Positions 1-12,084 are shown, counted from the first letter of the whole stretch. The stretch is DNA of 63,620 bases, filler included, from Rhabdomonas costata (GCA_019059605.1; 32 parts of 32 records of this genome joined end to end with filler, not necessarily neighbours in it); one strand, 5' to 3'. Notes: generated by a model not told the origin, from the sequence alone. A program made the numbers and translations.

Positions 1-169
1 TTGTGTTGTTATTGCAAACCTCTGCTTAAATTCTCTTCTGCATTTTTTCTTAGGCCACTTATCTTCTTCTTTGCCTTGTATTGTACTGTTGTATTTTTTC
101 ATCTTGGTCTACATACCTGTGGTTTCTATTCCTTTCTTTCCTCTCTGCTCTCCTACCGCTTTCCTCTGA

Positions 170-1438
170 ATGAAGCCCAGGTTGCTGAGTGTGCTGCTTG
201 CGCTGTGGTGCTTGCTGTGCACCGGTGTCCGGGTGGGCGCCCTGCCCGCGGTGGTTCGAGTGGGTTTTGTGTACTTCTCCGCGGCCAATGACATGGCTTG
301 GACCTGGTACCACCCTCATTTGCTTGGATACCTCCGGCGAACATTCCACTCCATGTCTGCGCTTGTGTGTCTCTCCATATGAACAGTGAAAATTGGCTTA
401 TACAGAATCGTAACCGAGATTCAGGTGTGTGGGTGGGTGCTGCGTTCTCAATACCCGTCGACAAGTATACTGAATGAGGACCACCTCTTTGTTTCCATGC
501 ATTGACAATGGTGAATCCAATAGGATCCAAAGAGGTTACTAAAAATTTCCCCTCAGTCAGCCTTCACCTCAGGCAAAAGTCTCCCGATTCTTATGCAGTT
601 AGGGTGATTCGAACCCCGTCGCTCGCGGATGGGTAAGTCAGATCTTCATCTTAAAAGTAGCCACCCGCGGGAAGCAGAATCTGTCTCTGGGGGATGACAA
701 CAGACAGAGGCACGCACGAAGTGCTATGGGAGAAGGTGGGCGCTGCAAGAGAGATGAGGACCAATTGAGAAGTGTGAAGAACGCCAAATATATGCTTCGG
801 CTCCGCGGGTTGGGAACCTTGGGGAGGAAGAATGCGGCGGATGTGAACTTGGTTCAGCTCTGCCCTTTCTTTATTCGGTACAGGAGGCACAATCAGGGCG
901 TGGTGCAGATGCACACCATGCTGGAGGTGATGTTCCCTGCCCTGCAGATCGTGACGACCTACAAGGAGAATGTCCCGGACCCAGGGCCCTGCGACCCCAT
1001 CTTCGCCACGTGGGCTTCCCAGGTCTGCGGTTTTAAGGCCTCCCGTTGAGCACTGCGATTTCATCTGATTGGTTCTCTTACTGAACCGCAGCGATTTTAT
1101 GCCTGTTGAAGGGCGAAGGAGGCAGAGGCATCTGGCCATTACTATTTTCATTCGACACTGTGCCCCTTCACTCCTGTGCATCTTCGCTGCAGGGCTACGA
1201 CCTGGTCGTGGGCACCAGCTTTGGCTACCAGGACTGCATGATCAGTGTGGCAGCTCAGTATCCCAACACCATGTTCCTGCACATTTCGGGGTGGAAGACC
1301 GCCACCCCAAACTTCGGAGTTGGCTACGTTCGGGTGTACCAACCGATGTACCTGGCCGGCTACACAGCGGCCCTGGTCTCGCAGACCGGGGTGCTTGGGG
1401 TGCTGGGCCCCGTGCCCGTCCCCGAGACGTACCGCCAG
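170..1438 (+). CDS. BMP/PnrA-family (basic membrane protein) substrate-binding domain protein, 5' part; exons ~170-306, 884-1022, 1193-1438
   Basis: GT-AG joins are in phase and give MKPRLLSVLLALWCLL..VRVGFVYFSAANDMAWTW/RHNQG..ENVPD..ASQ/GYDLVVGTSFGYQD..AAQYPNTMFLHISG..YQPMYLAGYTAALVSQTGVLG..PVPETYRQ, which carries typical BMP motifs. The start could instead be a splice acceptor at 175 or 180. Confidence 0.88.
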
Positions 1439-1891
1439 GTGCCGTCCGCTGTACTATGCCCATATCCTGCGGCTGCTCGCATCAATGCCGGGCACAATGG
1501 GTAATGCGGGCACAGGGACAGAGTTGCAGTTATGGTAGCGCTTGCCAGAGGGTAGCTGTGACTTGGGTATAGTCGACCATGATGACACAGCTGGGAAGGC
1601 CTTGAGCTTGCCCAAAAACCCGCCCATGCACTTGCACCAGCACAGTTGTATGTACCGGTGGTGCCTGTCATATTAAAATTGCCTTAAAATACAGGGTGAT
1701 GCCCGCTCTTGCGGAATGCGAGCGGAAGATCAGCGGGGACTGGGGTCGAGGGCGGTGGACATCGCTGTGTATCGGGGGAGATGCACGGTCTTCGTTTTTG
1801 TAGGGAGTTAAAAGATAATGATCTCCCTCGTACTTGCACAACCACCACCTCATCATATCTATTCGTTTGAGTCGGAACCCCCCCCACCAAC

Positions 1892-1991
1892 NNNNNNNNN
1901 NNNNNNNNNNNNNNNNNNNNNNNNNNNNNNNNNNNTTAATTAATTAANNNNNNNNNNNNNNNNNNNNNNNNNNNNNNNNNNNNNNNNNNNN
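1892..1991. other. Artificial contig spacer (N-run/TTAATTAATTAA/N-run); first of 31, recurring about every 1990 nt up to 61633-61732
   Basis: The same 100-nt block, with a palindromic six-frame stop linker, repeats throughout. Sequence on either side is unrelated. Confidence 0.99.
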
Positions 1992-4086
1992 TTTTTGTTG
2001 TCTCTCTCAGCCTCCAGTATTCCAGTGGTGCGTCACGTGATGCAAAAATAACACATATATAATAAAGCCTCAATGTCTTGACATTTAGCTCCACTTTTGA
2101 CTTCCTTATAATGTTTTGCACAACTTTAGTAGCGTCTACGTTTGAACCTCGATACAGAAGCTCTTTGCAAGCGCCAATTGGAACCACTGCATCACCATAT
2201 TGACTGCTGCTTGTTGGCTTTCACTTTTTACTCTGAAGTTTTTTGGTGATCAGTATGGAACCTTTAGATGTGGTTGTCCCAGTGGGTTGGAACGAATGGG
2301 CGTGGATTTATGCACCTCTATTTTGTGTACTAAACTGTGTTCTATAAGCACTGCTGTAACTTGTTTTAGGTCATATAGTTTCTTTTATCCAGTTCAAAAT
2401 ATCTGCAAACGTGTGCTGGCATTCATCAGTAAAAACATACCAGGTAGAACTGAACTAGTAGTTTTTTACTTTAGCCATGAACTTGCGAACGGTGAATCCA
2501 CATCACATTAATGCAGCAGGTTCTATAAAATCTGTGGCATATATGGAAAATTGCCCATTCTATGTGGTGTGTATACGCTGCCTTACACTTCTATCTGGAT
2601 AATGTGGGCCTATATTCTCTACATCTCCACATATAATCTTCCGCTACGAATGCCCCTCCACTATTCCAAACGTTGGCCTCAAGGTCTTGCTAGATGATTA
2701 GAGCTGAGCTCACCTGCATGTATGGTGGCTATAAACCTCATTGCTGGGATGCCAAAATTGGTGACACAAAAACTGAGAACAATTTAACACTTTAGATTAC
2801 CGTAGTATCCATCAGATTGTGTGGCATTCAACGCATTGCATTTATCTCCAGAAGTCAGAAACGCTGCAATTCAACGAAAGGATATATGCGTAACTTTTAG
2901 CATCCAAATACATGGAAGAGCTACCAGATGCGTCTTTCTGCACTTCCAACATAATCTGGATTGTGGTATAGTCTTCCAAGAAGACTCCCAGTCTTATTTA
3001 ATAACTTTATGCAGTGTCCTCTGGTGTTTTGACATCACTTTAGCTTGTATATTGTTGTAAAGGCTAATGAGCAAATAATGCTGCAATGTTTGGTTGCAAA
3101 TTAATTGCTAAATTTAGCAGGTTGATTGTAAAGACATATTAAATTTTACAGCCAACACCTCACATTATAATCACACTTCTGATGGCACAGTATCTTATTT
3201 AGCGGCTAGACGAAATTTTTTACAATCTAAAAATGTCTGGCTTGGAGCAATTATACTTATAGAGAAGAAGTCAAGTGGCATATACTGTACCTATCTGATA
3301 TCTAAGCATCAAACATTTTTCACCTATTCAACGCTAACCAACCAATGAAACAATTTTCTGCGCTCCCGTCTTATCTATCAAACTCCAGTTCATTTTCTTG
3401 AATATTCCGCAGCGCTCCTGCAATTGGGTCTGACTGGTTGCCTTCAGATGAACTTCTGCACTTACAGATATTAAATTGAAGTATCTGATGGAAACGACAC
3501 CATATGTTCCAAAACCGTGGCCTCCAATGGCTGAGAAGCTGCTGATTTATCTGGATTGGTAAAGGTAATTGATTGGCAAATGACAAAAAATAAATTGCAC
3601 ATCAAAATATAACCACGTATATCACTATCAACAAAAGAGAAGTTTTGCGCTGACATGGTGGAAACCCACCACGTTCTGTGGACGCACACACACCAGCACA
3701 GAGATTCGGTGTGCTACATGCTAATCTAAAAGCATTGCAAAGCCTGTGTAGATGAATAACTGGCATAAACGGATTATTGGACCCACCACAGGAAGAAGAT
3801 TCAAGAAGGAAAATGACCATTCCGAACAGCGTCTAATAGGCACAAAAAGGGGTCAGTATCAACCGGGAGATTGTATCTCCACNNNNNNNNNNNNNNNNNN
3901 NNNNNNNNNNNNNNNNNNNNNNNNNNTTAATTAATTAANNNNNNNNNNNNNNNNNNNNNNNNNNNNNNNNNNNNNNNNNNNNCACAGCCCAAGCAGGATG
4001 GACCCACCCTACTAGTGGGGGGGGGCATAAATGCACTTTTTGAAAATGGATGGGGGCAAGAACCCCCGATAATGTTACTTTTGCTC

Positions 4087-4324
4087 GGTGTGAATGTGCA
4101 TGATTTGCACCGCGTGGAGGTGGAGCGAATGGGGATGGGAAACCAGGACTTTGATGTCTTCCCCGCGGACATTGTGAGGGACTCTGCGGCCAGCGCGGCA
4201 GCGGGGGCCCTTGGGGTCTCGGGCAGCGGTCGGCTGGGCACCGTCGTCTCCGTTCACCCAGAGCAGCGCACCGCCGTGGTTGCCTGGCAGAAGGCTGAAA
4301 GCCATTCCGCCTCTCCTGCGGAAG
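4087..4324 (+). CDS. UBE2O/UBC23-like E2/E3 hybrid ubiquitin-conjugating enzyme, internal exon A (5' boundary approximate)
   Basis: GVNVHDLHRV..QDFDVFPADIVRD..GRLGTVVSVHPEQRTAVVAWQ resembles the UBE2O pattern 'dL.pv..d.eF.PGD.V...GVVqSvd...RT..VkW'. Phase-1 GT donor at 4325. Confidence 0.65.
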
Positions 4325-4908
4325 GTGACGCACACACACACAACAATAAACGGTGAGCGGAGTTACGACATATCAAAGCTGCTCACGACTTCGAGGAAAA
4401 AGGGAAGTGCTATGCAAACTAACCCGGGTTACGATGCATTGCGTTTTTTGTGAGGAGTGGGGGGAACGGGAAAGCGGGCAAGCGTTAGTTAACAATTTCT
4501 GGTGTTAGCTGCTCAACACTGCCAAACGATGACGTTCGAAAATGGGCAAGGGGGGTTCCGCCTGGACATAGACCTAAACCTAGACCGAAATACCAATAAT
4601 TCGCTGTCCGAGAGTGCGAGAGTGGTCCTCTTGGGGTGTGGCATCCTGTGCTCTGTAATCACACACACCCTGCATGCACCCTTCCAGGACAACCGACCCT
4701 GAGGTGGAGTGAGCTCCTCTACTCCACTCTTTAGATGGTGCAGCACTCTAGAACACCCATCATACATAATCGCAGTGGGAAGCTACAGGACTTCTTTGAG
4801 AAAAAGTGTCCTTAACAGACCAAAAATGGCGTTCAAAGCAATTTGGCACCATGACACAACAATTAATAGTGTGAGATTTGAGCGGGAACAGAGGCAGCAG
4901 AGACTAAC

Positions 4909-5014
4909 CTCGCGAGGTCCTTCCCGGGAAACCAGACTACAACGTCGCCCACGTCCAGCTCATCCCGGCAGGCCGCGACCAAGTCGTAGGTGCTGACCTC
5001 GGAAACTTCGCCCG
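4909..5014 (-). CDS. UBE2O-like internal exon B (opposite strand to exon A)
   Basis: Polypyrimidine-TTGCAG acceptor and GTTAGT donor on the minus strand. GEVSEVSTYDLVAACRDELDVGDVVVW resembles the UBE2O pattern 'EE.VSvYdl...df...gDvV'. Confidence 0.62.
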
Positions 5015-8000
5015 CTGCAACACAGGAGGGTGGAGGGAATGCAGAGAGGATCTGAATTCCCACTTGCCTGCGAATGACGACGTCTTTCTAGTCATCATTA
5101 CAAGAAGCAATCGGAAGCCGAGGAAATGACCCAAATCTGCTAGACCTGCGCCCCCCCCCCCATGAATAAACACTCGTATGCACCGCCATCTGTAAATCTT
5201 CGTCCCAAGCTGTGTTTCTTGCTTTCATCCATACTCGAGACGGGTGTTACTACTGCCTGGGACTTGTTGTTGTCGTCGTCAAGGTTCGGATGGGATTGAC
5301 CACCATGGATTCGTGTTCGGGGGTGCTGCTCTGCTTTTTGTAGGTGGAGATCGGGGACCTCTTCTACCTTACCTCGGAGACCTTGCCGCCCTTGCTCCGG
5401 TTCGACGTTCCGGCGTGGCTGCTTTTCCTGCACTGCTCGTATGGCAGAGCGCACTGCTTGCACTTCTCGCTTGTTCTACTCACCCGTTCTATCTACGAAG
5501 GTATCTTTCACTGTACCCCACGTTTGACTTTTGACCCTTCACTCGCGTGTTTCTCTGGGGCACCACTGATGGATGGCAAGGGGTAACTTCTAAGAAACCT
5601 TTAACGTTTGAACAGAAAGTGACGTTTTCACAGACGGCCACTTGTCTTTCTCTAGATCTCGAATGCGTAGGAAAGCAACCAAAAATATAGCTTTCGGGAT
5701 ATCTTTACCGTCTTTCTATCTATTCCGTCTTTTCCCTAATCCCTCGCACACATCTGTGCAAAAGCAAAGGTTTAACTAGGGCCCAACTTGGAATCCAGGG
5801 AAGCGCCAGCTACCCCCGTTCGCTAACACCTGCACTGCACATAACCGCTTAAAAAAGGCAGCAACCAACAACCNNNNNNNNNNNNNNNNNNNNNNNNNNN
5901 NNNNNNNNNNNNNNNNNTTAATTAATTAANNNNNNNNNNNNNNNNNNNNNNNNNNNNNNNNNNNNNNNNNNNNTTGTGGTTGGTGTCAGGAGCTACCCAC
6001 CCACCTTGAGCAACCACATTCTACCAGGTGTCACACTCCAACTATGCTGCGGGAACTCTTATGTGGATTCTACCTCTTTGGGTTGTAGCGCCTCTGGATT
6101 CCACTCAATCTGGACTGTACTCCGACATTGCTTGCACAATGTGTGCGCTGCATCGGCTTACCTAGGTGTCTTGGCATCTAGAACGTGGAGGTATCTTCCG
6201 TTCGTACGGTGGTCGCTCTGGTGGTGCTTTCTGCAGTTCTTCTGAGGGCGTCGCCTTTCTGAAACTGTGGATGGTGGTGCCAACCATTTTTTGATTTTCC
6301 AAGCCGCTTTAGCGCAAATTTGGCAACATTTTTGAGCACAACTCTGCAGACCCTGGGGTATAGGATGTACCTATGGGTTGCGAAGGTTGCTTATGGAACA
6401 GGTGGCAGGTCTCTTGGTATGTCCTTTGTGCTCAGACCTTCTGGTATGTGAACGGGTTTCGCTTGGATGGTATCGCCGCATATGCATTTCCACAATCTCA
6501 CACCCAAAAAAGTCTTTGTTAGTGGCACTCTACTGCACCACACATACTGTCCTGTGTTCACGCACTAGCACTAGCACGCATATGCACGCCTTTTGCTACC
6601 TTTTCCACTCTTCTGGTGTACCGGAACTTCGAGGATCTGGGCTGCGGTTCCCCTGTTGTTCTGCTGCGGCAAATCCTCTGTGAAAAGAAAATTAATTGCG
6701 AAACGCAACCCAAATTGAAATAGAAAACAATCTCTTATATTTAATTTTGCATTAACGGACTCACGCAATTTACAAAAACCTAATCAAGAACATATCTATG
6801 TAATTCTAGTAGTTGTTGGTGTGAAATGATACTTGGGGTGAAGTGCCCGTATAATGGGGTATTATAGCTGTTATTATAGCTATACTCATCCCGGAAAGGC
6901 ACGGGCACTAACCCTGGCACCAAAATTAGATAATTTTGATCGAGTTAAAATAGCAGCAAGAAAATGGTATATTACCAGTGGTAACCACTCCCCCTTCTTC
7001 ATTTGGGATCTTTTTTGGTTAAAGTTGTATTTTAACCAAATAAAAATGTGTTCCTTGTCCCGTGGTTTTTTTTACTGAGCTTTCTAAGGCAATGTAAACT
7101 CGTGGTTACTTTTCATGAGTTTTTTTTCCCTTTTTCCGAAACCTTGCCTACCATAGACCTTGCGATAGTGGGAATTGCGATGCAGTACACGTCCATTGCG
7201 TTTTTGCTTCTGAGGGCGACCTTCCGCACAGAAGGGCGCCAAAACCTGCTTTATCCATCCACTTCAGCAGCTCCGCAGTATTTTATGATTCAAATTGACC
7301 TAAACCTGCATTTTGTCTGGATTTTCTGGCTTTGCGTTTTCTCCAGTGTTTTTCTTCGATTCTTCGTTGAAGTTCGAAGCCCTTGCTTTTACACAAATAC
7401 ACCTCGCGCCTCATCTTAAGCCGTCGAAATACTCCCCCATAAGACGCACGCATAAAAAACACGACCGCCGCAACGACTGCCTCCTACAATTGCCCCCAAG
7501 AGCCCCCTTCAATAACCTCCCAGAAGAAGCTCATCTTTTTGAGAACATTTTGCAGCCTTTTTCCCTTTCTTTTTCCTTTGTTGGCTCAGTGTGTACAGCA
7601 TAGCAGTGAACACGTTCACTGGAAATGTCCATTGCGAATGTGCTCAGTGATTTATTTCGACTGCTGCCTGTGGCTTTTTGGGGGATTCTTTTTCTTCCTG
7701 TGCTTTGCTTTGCACTTGTGAAGTATTGACTGGTCTGTTGGCTCCTGTATGTTTCTTGACACTTGTTCGCCAGCCTAAATCGAGCAAATCACATGTCAAC
7801 CTGTTGGTGGGTTTCCTGGTATCTCCCCACCGACTATGGGACCAAAACCCCCAAACACACCCACNNNNNNNNNNNNNNNNNNNNNNNNNNNNNNNNNNNN
7901 NNNNNNNNTTAATTAATTAANNNNNNNNNNNNNNNNNNNNNNNNNNNNNNNNNNNNNNNNNNNNGGGGGGTGGCGGGAGATCAACTTTTTACATCTTAAT

Positions 8001-8361
8001 TTTGATGTGACTCCGTCCGTATAAAACCAAATAAATAGAAACACTCAAATTGAACATCACACAAGTCAAGGATATAAAAAGTTGATCTCCCGCCACCATC
8101 CCGCTCATACGCAAGATCAGGAAGCACCCGGCACACACACACACGCGCACACACACAGTCTCGCTCCCGGCACATTCGGCATCCACAAAAAGCGGCGCCA
8201 AAATTACCAATTTTTCTCGCTGGTGAGGATTTCGCAAAGGACGGGTTATGCGGCCAACACTTAGACAACAACAACGTTTGGTTCAAATAAAGTGTGGAAT
8301 ATTACGGGTGCGAAGGTTTGAGGGGCTTACCGTCTTTGCGCCTCAAAATTAAGAGCTGGAC

Positions 8362-8523
8362 CTTAGTCGGGAGCATAAGCGGGTGTTGGTCCAAAAAGAC
8401 GCGCGGCGTTCTAATCGAAGTTTTGCCAACAAAACTTTTGGCAATGTCGACAACGTTTTCGGACGAGAAAGCTTGCGGATAAGGCGCAAGCTCCGAGTAC
8501 ATGGGAGGAACGGGTACATAGAA
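8362..8523 (-). CDS. Probable internal exon, hypothetical protein
   Basis: TTTTCCCTGTAG acceptor, GT donor and a 54-codon open frame (FYVPVPPMYSELAP..LMLPTK). No family recognised. Confidence 0.4.
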
Positions 8524-9955
8524 CTACAGGGAAAATACGGCCAGAAACGCCTATGACGCCGGGGCGTGGTTGCGGTTGACGTTTCAACCGAACGAGAACA
8601 ACAAACAACTTTGCGGTGGCGCAGAGCCGTTTTTGTCAACCTTCTCTCTGGTATCGTTGGTTCGCGCGACTTAGAATTCGACTTAGAATTAAAACATAAA
8701 GAGCAAACAACGCGAGTTTGACGTGTGAAAAAGCGCCACCAGACATCTGCACTGCCGGCTGAGCAGTCTGGGAAGTGATCCCATTTTTGAACGGCGGACC
8801 CAATTAAATTGAGATTTCAAAGGTTGCTTAGGTAAGAGGGATGGTTCGTGCAAACGCAGACCCAGCCGCTTCTCGGGTGTTACGCATTGCATTTGATTTC
8901 ATCCGGAAGCATCAAAGAAAGGCCCAGGATACTTCTTGACTTGACTGTACAAGCGCAAGCTTGGGTACAATCCCGCTGGGGAGGTGTCCTTGGGTCGGCT
9001 TTTCGCTATAAAAACATCGCCCGGGGACGCATCTCCACATACAGCACGCGGAGGTTATCCGGGGTGCAATCCTCCGAGTTGAACCGCGAGTGACCTCTCC
9101 GCGCGAGCTGCACAAACTGCGCGTGGAAAGGGCAAAACGTGCAATCTGTGGGCAGTTAGCAGTAAGCACTGCCATTGGCCATTGGCAGACACAAATCAGA
9201 ATTCTCAACCCTGCCTCAGTAAAACCGTAATGCTAATGCATCAATGCTGCAATGCATCCTCTCTGGGTTTGAACGAATTGTAGGCGGCGTGCACCAAATC
9301 GGACTCACAACTTTATTCTCGTAGAATTCACCATCCAGATGAGACCTCTGCCCCCGCGGTCATTTAACAACCAACTACGCTAAATTGTGCTTTTATATGC
9401 CCAACTTCTTGTTTGTTTGTCAAACATTTGCCCATTTCCTTTTCAACCTATTAAACAACACACAAGAAAACAGTAACCAAAATTGAAATAAAACTAAACG
9501 TTATTCTCAGGACCTTCAGGTTCACTTTCTTTGACAGAAAATCTAACAGGGTACAAATCTAATGCCAAAAACTCGTATAAACATCTGGAAATTAGCTTCC
9601 ATCATGATAGTTAAAAATGCACGGTATTCAACTTTATTTGATTTTTGCAGGATTACACACAATCTTGTAGCGCTTTGATTTTCTCGATTTCTGCTAACTT
9701 TAGTGGAAATTTGTTGTGAAAAAACGTCTTTTTATGCAGCCATTCTGCTTCTGGCATTTTTCATTTGGCAGTTCCATACCAAAACTTAACATTTATTTAA
9801 CCTTCCTACGGTCACGCTATACATTTACATTTCTTTTGCCATTATGCTACTGACCNNNNNNNNNNNNNNNNNNNNNNNNNNNNNNNNNNNNNNNNNNNNT
9901 TAATTAATTAANNNNNNNNNNNNNNNNNNNNNNNNNNNNNNNNNNNNNNNNNNNN

Positions 9956-11761
9956 GACTGGGCCTCCTTTTCTGCGCAGGCGGACTCCCTCCTCACTTCA
10001 GGGTGGGCTACTTCTTTGGGGATCTCTTCGGTGGTGGCCTTCGCGGAGGCGCCGACGCTGCTCCACTACCCGGCGTCGGAGACTACAGTCCCTCCCACGC
10101 GCTGGGAGGAGACACCTCTTCCTCTTCGGCAGGCCCTGGTGGCCTTGCAGGTGGTTCGTTCTGTTGATCTGCCCCCGGTACCGTCCTTCCGGAAGGTGGG
10201 CGCCTCCCGCTGCTGGAAGGAGCTACAAGCTGCGGATCGGGTTGGGGTCACCCGGCTCTGCCTGGAGGTGGATCTTCTGCAGCGCCCTCAGGGTGGGCGC
10301 GTTCCCTCTGCCTTTGCTCGGCGGGCGCTCACTGACCTACTGAACACCACCTCTTTTTCCTTGGCCCTGCCCCCACTACGGGGGCTGACTGTTCAAGGGG
10401 ATCGCCTTACTGGGCACGTTGATCTTCCTTCTTCACTGGCGGGGGGGTTACTTCTTGCCTCGGGCTGCGTGCGCGGCGTCTTTGTGCGCCCTTGGCTGGG
10501 ATCTGCCTCTGAATTTCCCCAACCCGAGGGCTTCACAGCGGGAAGCCATAAGGTCGTTTGGGCCAAGGTTGACCGCTACAGTGACCTTGTGGCCACGGCA
10601 TTGCGGGAGGCCAAAGTGGAGCACGCGGGGCTCGTCTGCCCCCGCCGACGGGGAGAACTGGGCATTCGTATGCCCCAGTCGTCGGACTGTACTTCTCTCC
10701 GCCAGTGCCTGGAAGGCGATTTTGGCGCCACCGTGAAGGTCACAGCGGGGCGTCACTTCACGCTGCGGGCCTCCAACGTTCCGCTGGCGATGCTGGACAA
10801 GCTGGCGCTGTTGGTTGCGCGGGTGGACCCCGATCTCACGGTGGTGACCCAGCGCGTCCTGCGGACTACATACGACTCGCTTGTGGCGGACCTCACGGTG
10901 ACAGGCAAGGACCTCTCGAAGGCCCCCCAGGAGGAGTGGCGGCTATTCGGCGTTGGGTCACGCCCAGTGCTTGTTAAGCTGCTGCAGCCCCGTCGTCGGG
11001 CACTTCAGCCTGCAGTCCCCGTCCTTCCTTCGGGCCCACCTGTTCGCCCTCGGCGCCCTCTGTCCCAGGTGGAGCAGACTACGTGGGCTGATCGAGTTCG
11101 CCGTTCTCCGCCTGCGGTGGACCTGATGGACGCGGACGACGGGAGTGCTGCCGGCGGGCACGGTCTCGCTACGGGAGTCCCTCCTGCGGTTCCTGAGGAC
11201 GCCGAGATCCCGCTGCGACGTCGTCCTCCGGCTTCTGCGGTTATACCCCCTCGTACTTCCTCGGGCGGGCGGGCTGCCCCATTGACTTCTACTTCCTCCG
11301 CTGGGAAGCGCTCACCTCGGGGTAGCGGTATTACCTCCTTCCTGCAGCCGGTGCCCAAGCCCAAACCCAAGCCAAGTCCGAGCAGCAACAGTGGTTCGCC
11401 TTCCAAGCCTCCCCCTTCTGGGGTGGCGGCGGAGCGGAGTCCCCCCACTACGGCACCTAGTGCGCTGTTGGTAGATCCCACACGCTTTGAGGAGCTCGTG
11501 GCTCAGGTGAGTCGCTTGTCGGAGTCCCTGGTGGCCCAGCGACATGAGTATGCCCTTCTGCACGAGAGACTGCAGGCCACTCTGGCGGAATGCGCTGAGA
11601 TCCGGCTCCAACTCCGCGCCTCTCAGGCGAAGCGCTCCCGTAGCGCGGACGCCACCGCGGGCACTGGTGGCTCTCCTTCTGCAGACCTCTCTGGAGTGAG
11701 GGCGAGGCGGAGCCGCCCTAGTCGGCGTTCTTCGGGTGGGAGTACTCCCACCAATGTCTAG
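9956..11761 (+). CDS. LINE ORF1-like protein (5' truncated, >600 codons)
   Basis: Open from the contig start to the TAG ending at 11761. Contains a TWADRVR motif, a Pro/Ser-rich linker, a coiled-coil-like segment (FEELVAQVSRLSESL..LRASQ) and a basic tail. Confidence 0.75.
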   Translation, partial: DWASFSAQADSLLTSGWATSLGISSVVAFAEAPTLLHYPASETTVPPTRWEETPLPLRQALVALQVVRSVDLPPVPSFRKVGASRCWKELQAADRVGVTRLCLEVDLLQRPQGGRVPSAFARRALTDLLNTTSFSLALPPLRGLTVQGDRLTGHVDLPSSLAGGLLLASGCVRGVFVRPWLGSASEFPQPEGFTAGSHKVVWAKVDRYSDLVATALREAKVEHAGLVCPRRRGELGIRMPQSSDCTSLRQCLEGDFGATVKVTAGRHFTLRASNVPLAMLDKLALLVARVDPDLTVVTQRVLRTTYDSLVADLTVTGKDLSKAPQEEWRLFGVGSRPVLVKLLQPRRRALQPAVPVLPSGPPVRPRRPLSQVEQTTWADRVRRSPPAVDLMDADDGSAAGGHGLATGVPPAVPEDAEIPLRRRPPASAVIPPRTSSGGRAAPLTSTSSAGKRSPRGSGITSFLQPVPKPKPKPSPSSNSGSPSKPPPSGVAAERSPPTTAPSALLVDPTRFEELVAQVSRLSESLVAQRHEYALLHERLQATLAECAEIRLQLRASQAKRSRSADATAGTGGSPSADLSGVRARRSRPSRRSSGGSTPTNV

Positions 11762-11846
11762 CTCCACATGTGGGGGTGATGAGGGGGCTTCTGCGGATGC
11801 CCCTCTCCTGGTGGGGAGCTGGAATGTGTCCTGGTGGAGTCAGCAC
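11754..11846 (+). CDS. LINE ORF2 N-terminus (apurinic-endonuclease domain start), truncated
   Basis: The ATG at 11754 overlaps the ORF1 stop. Translation MSSSTCGGDEGASADAPLLVGSWNVSWWSQH; 'swNv' is the first APE/EEP motif. Confidence 0.68.
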
Positions 11847-12084
11847 NNNNNNNNNNNNNNNNNNNNNNNNNNNNNNNNNNNNNNNNNNNNTTAATTAATT
11901 AANNNNNNNNNNNNNNNNNNNNNNNNNNNNNNNNNNNNNNNNNNNNCGATCTAGAAATTCGCTCACAAGTTCTTATTTGCTCTCAATGGTAAGGCAAGGG
12001 GCTGCCAGAGGACCTAGACATTAGCTGCACACATCAGCCAGCGTGCTGCGTGCTGAACACACCTTGAACCCACTCCCTGTACAG

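Larger units (their letters stand above)
9956..11846 (+). mobile_element. APE-type non-LTR retrotransposon (LINE): ORF1 plus start of ORF2
   Basis: A long intronless ORF fills the contig and is followed by an overlapping ORF that begins with an endonuclease-like 'LLVGSWNV' motif. Confidence 0.75.

Noticed and set aside
598..650. tRNA B-box-like GGTTCGAATC on the minus strand within BMP intron 1
   Set aside because: No convincing A-box or cloverleaf could be built. At most a SINE or tRNA relic.
1936..1947. Regularly spaced TTAATTAATTAA palindrome resembling a repeat array or CRISPR
   Set aside because: It is always embedded in N-runs at contig joins, so it is a synthetic six-frame stop linker.
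2200..3700. Possible stop-codon reassignment (alternative genetic code)
   Set aside because: TAA, TAG and TGA all interrupt the frames and frameshifts are also needed. Host genes terminate normally with TAG or TGA.
5344..5399. Plus-strand exon-like VEIGDLFYLTSETLPPLLR as a third, out-of-order UBE2O exon
   Set aside because: Too short to assign to UBE2O, so it was not used as evidence of scrambling.
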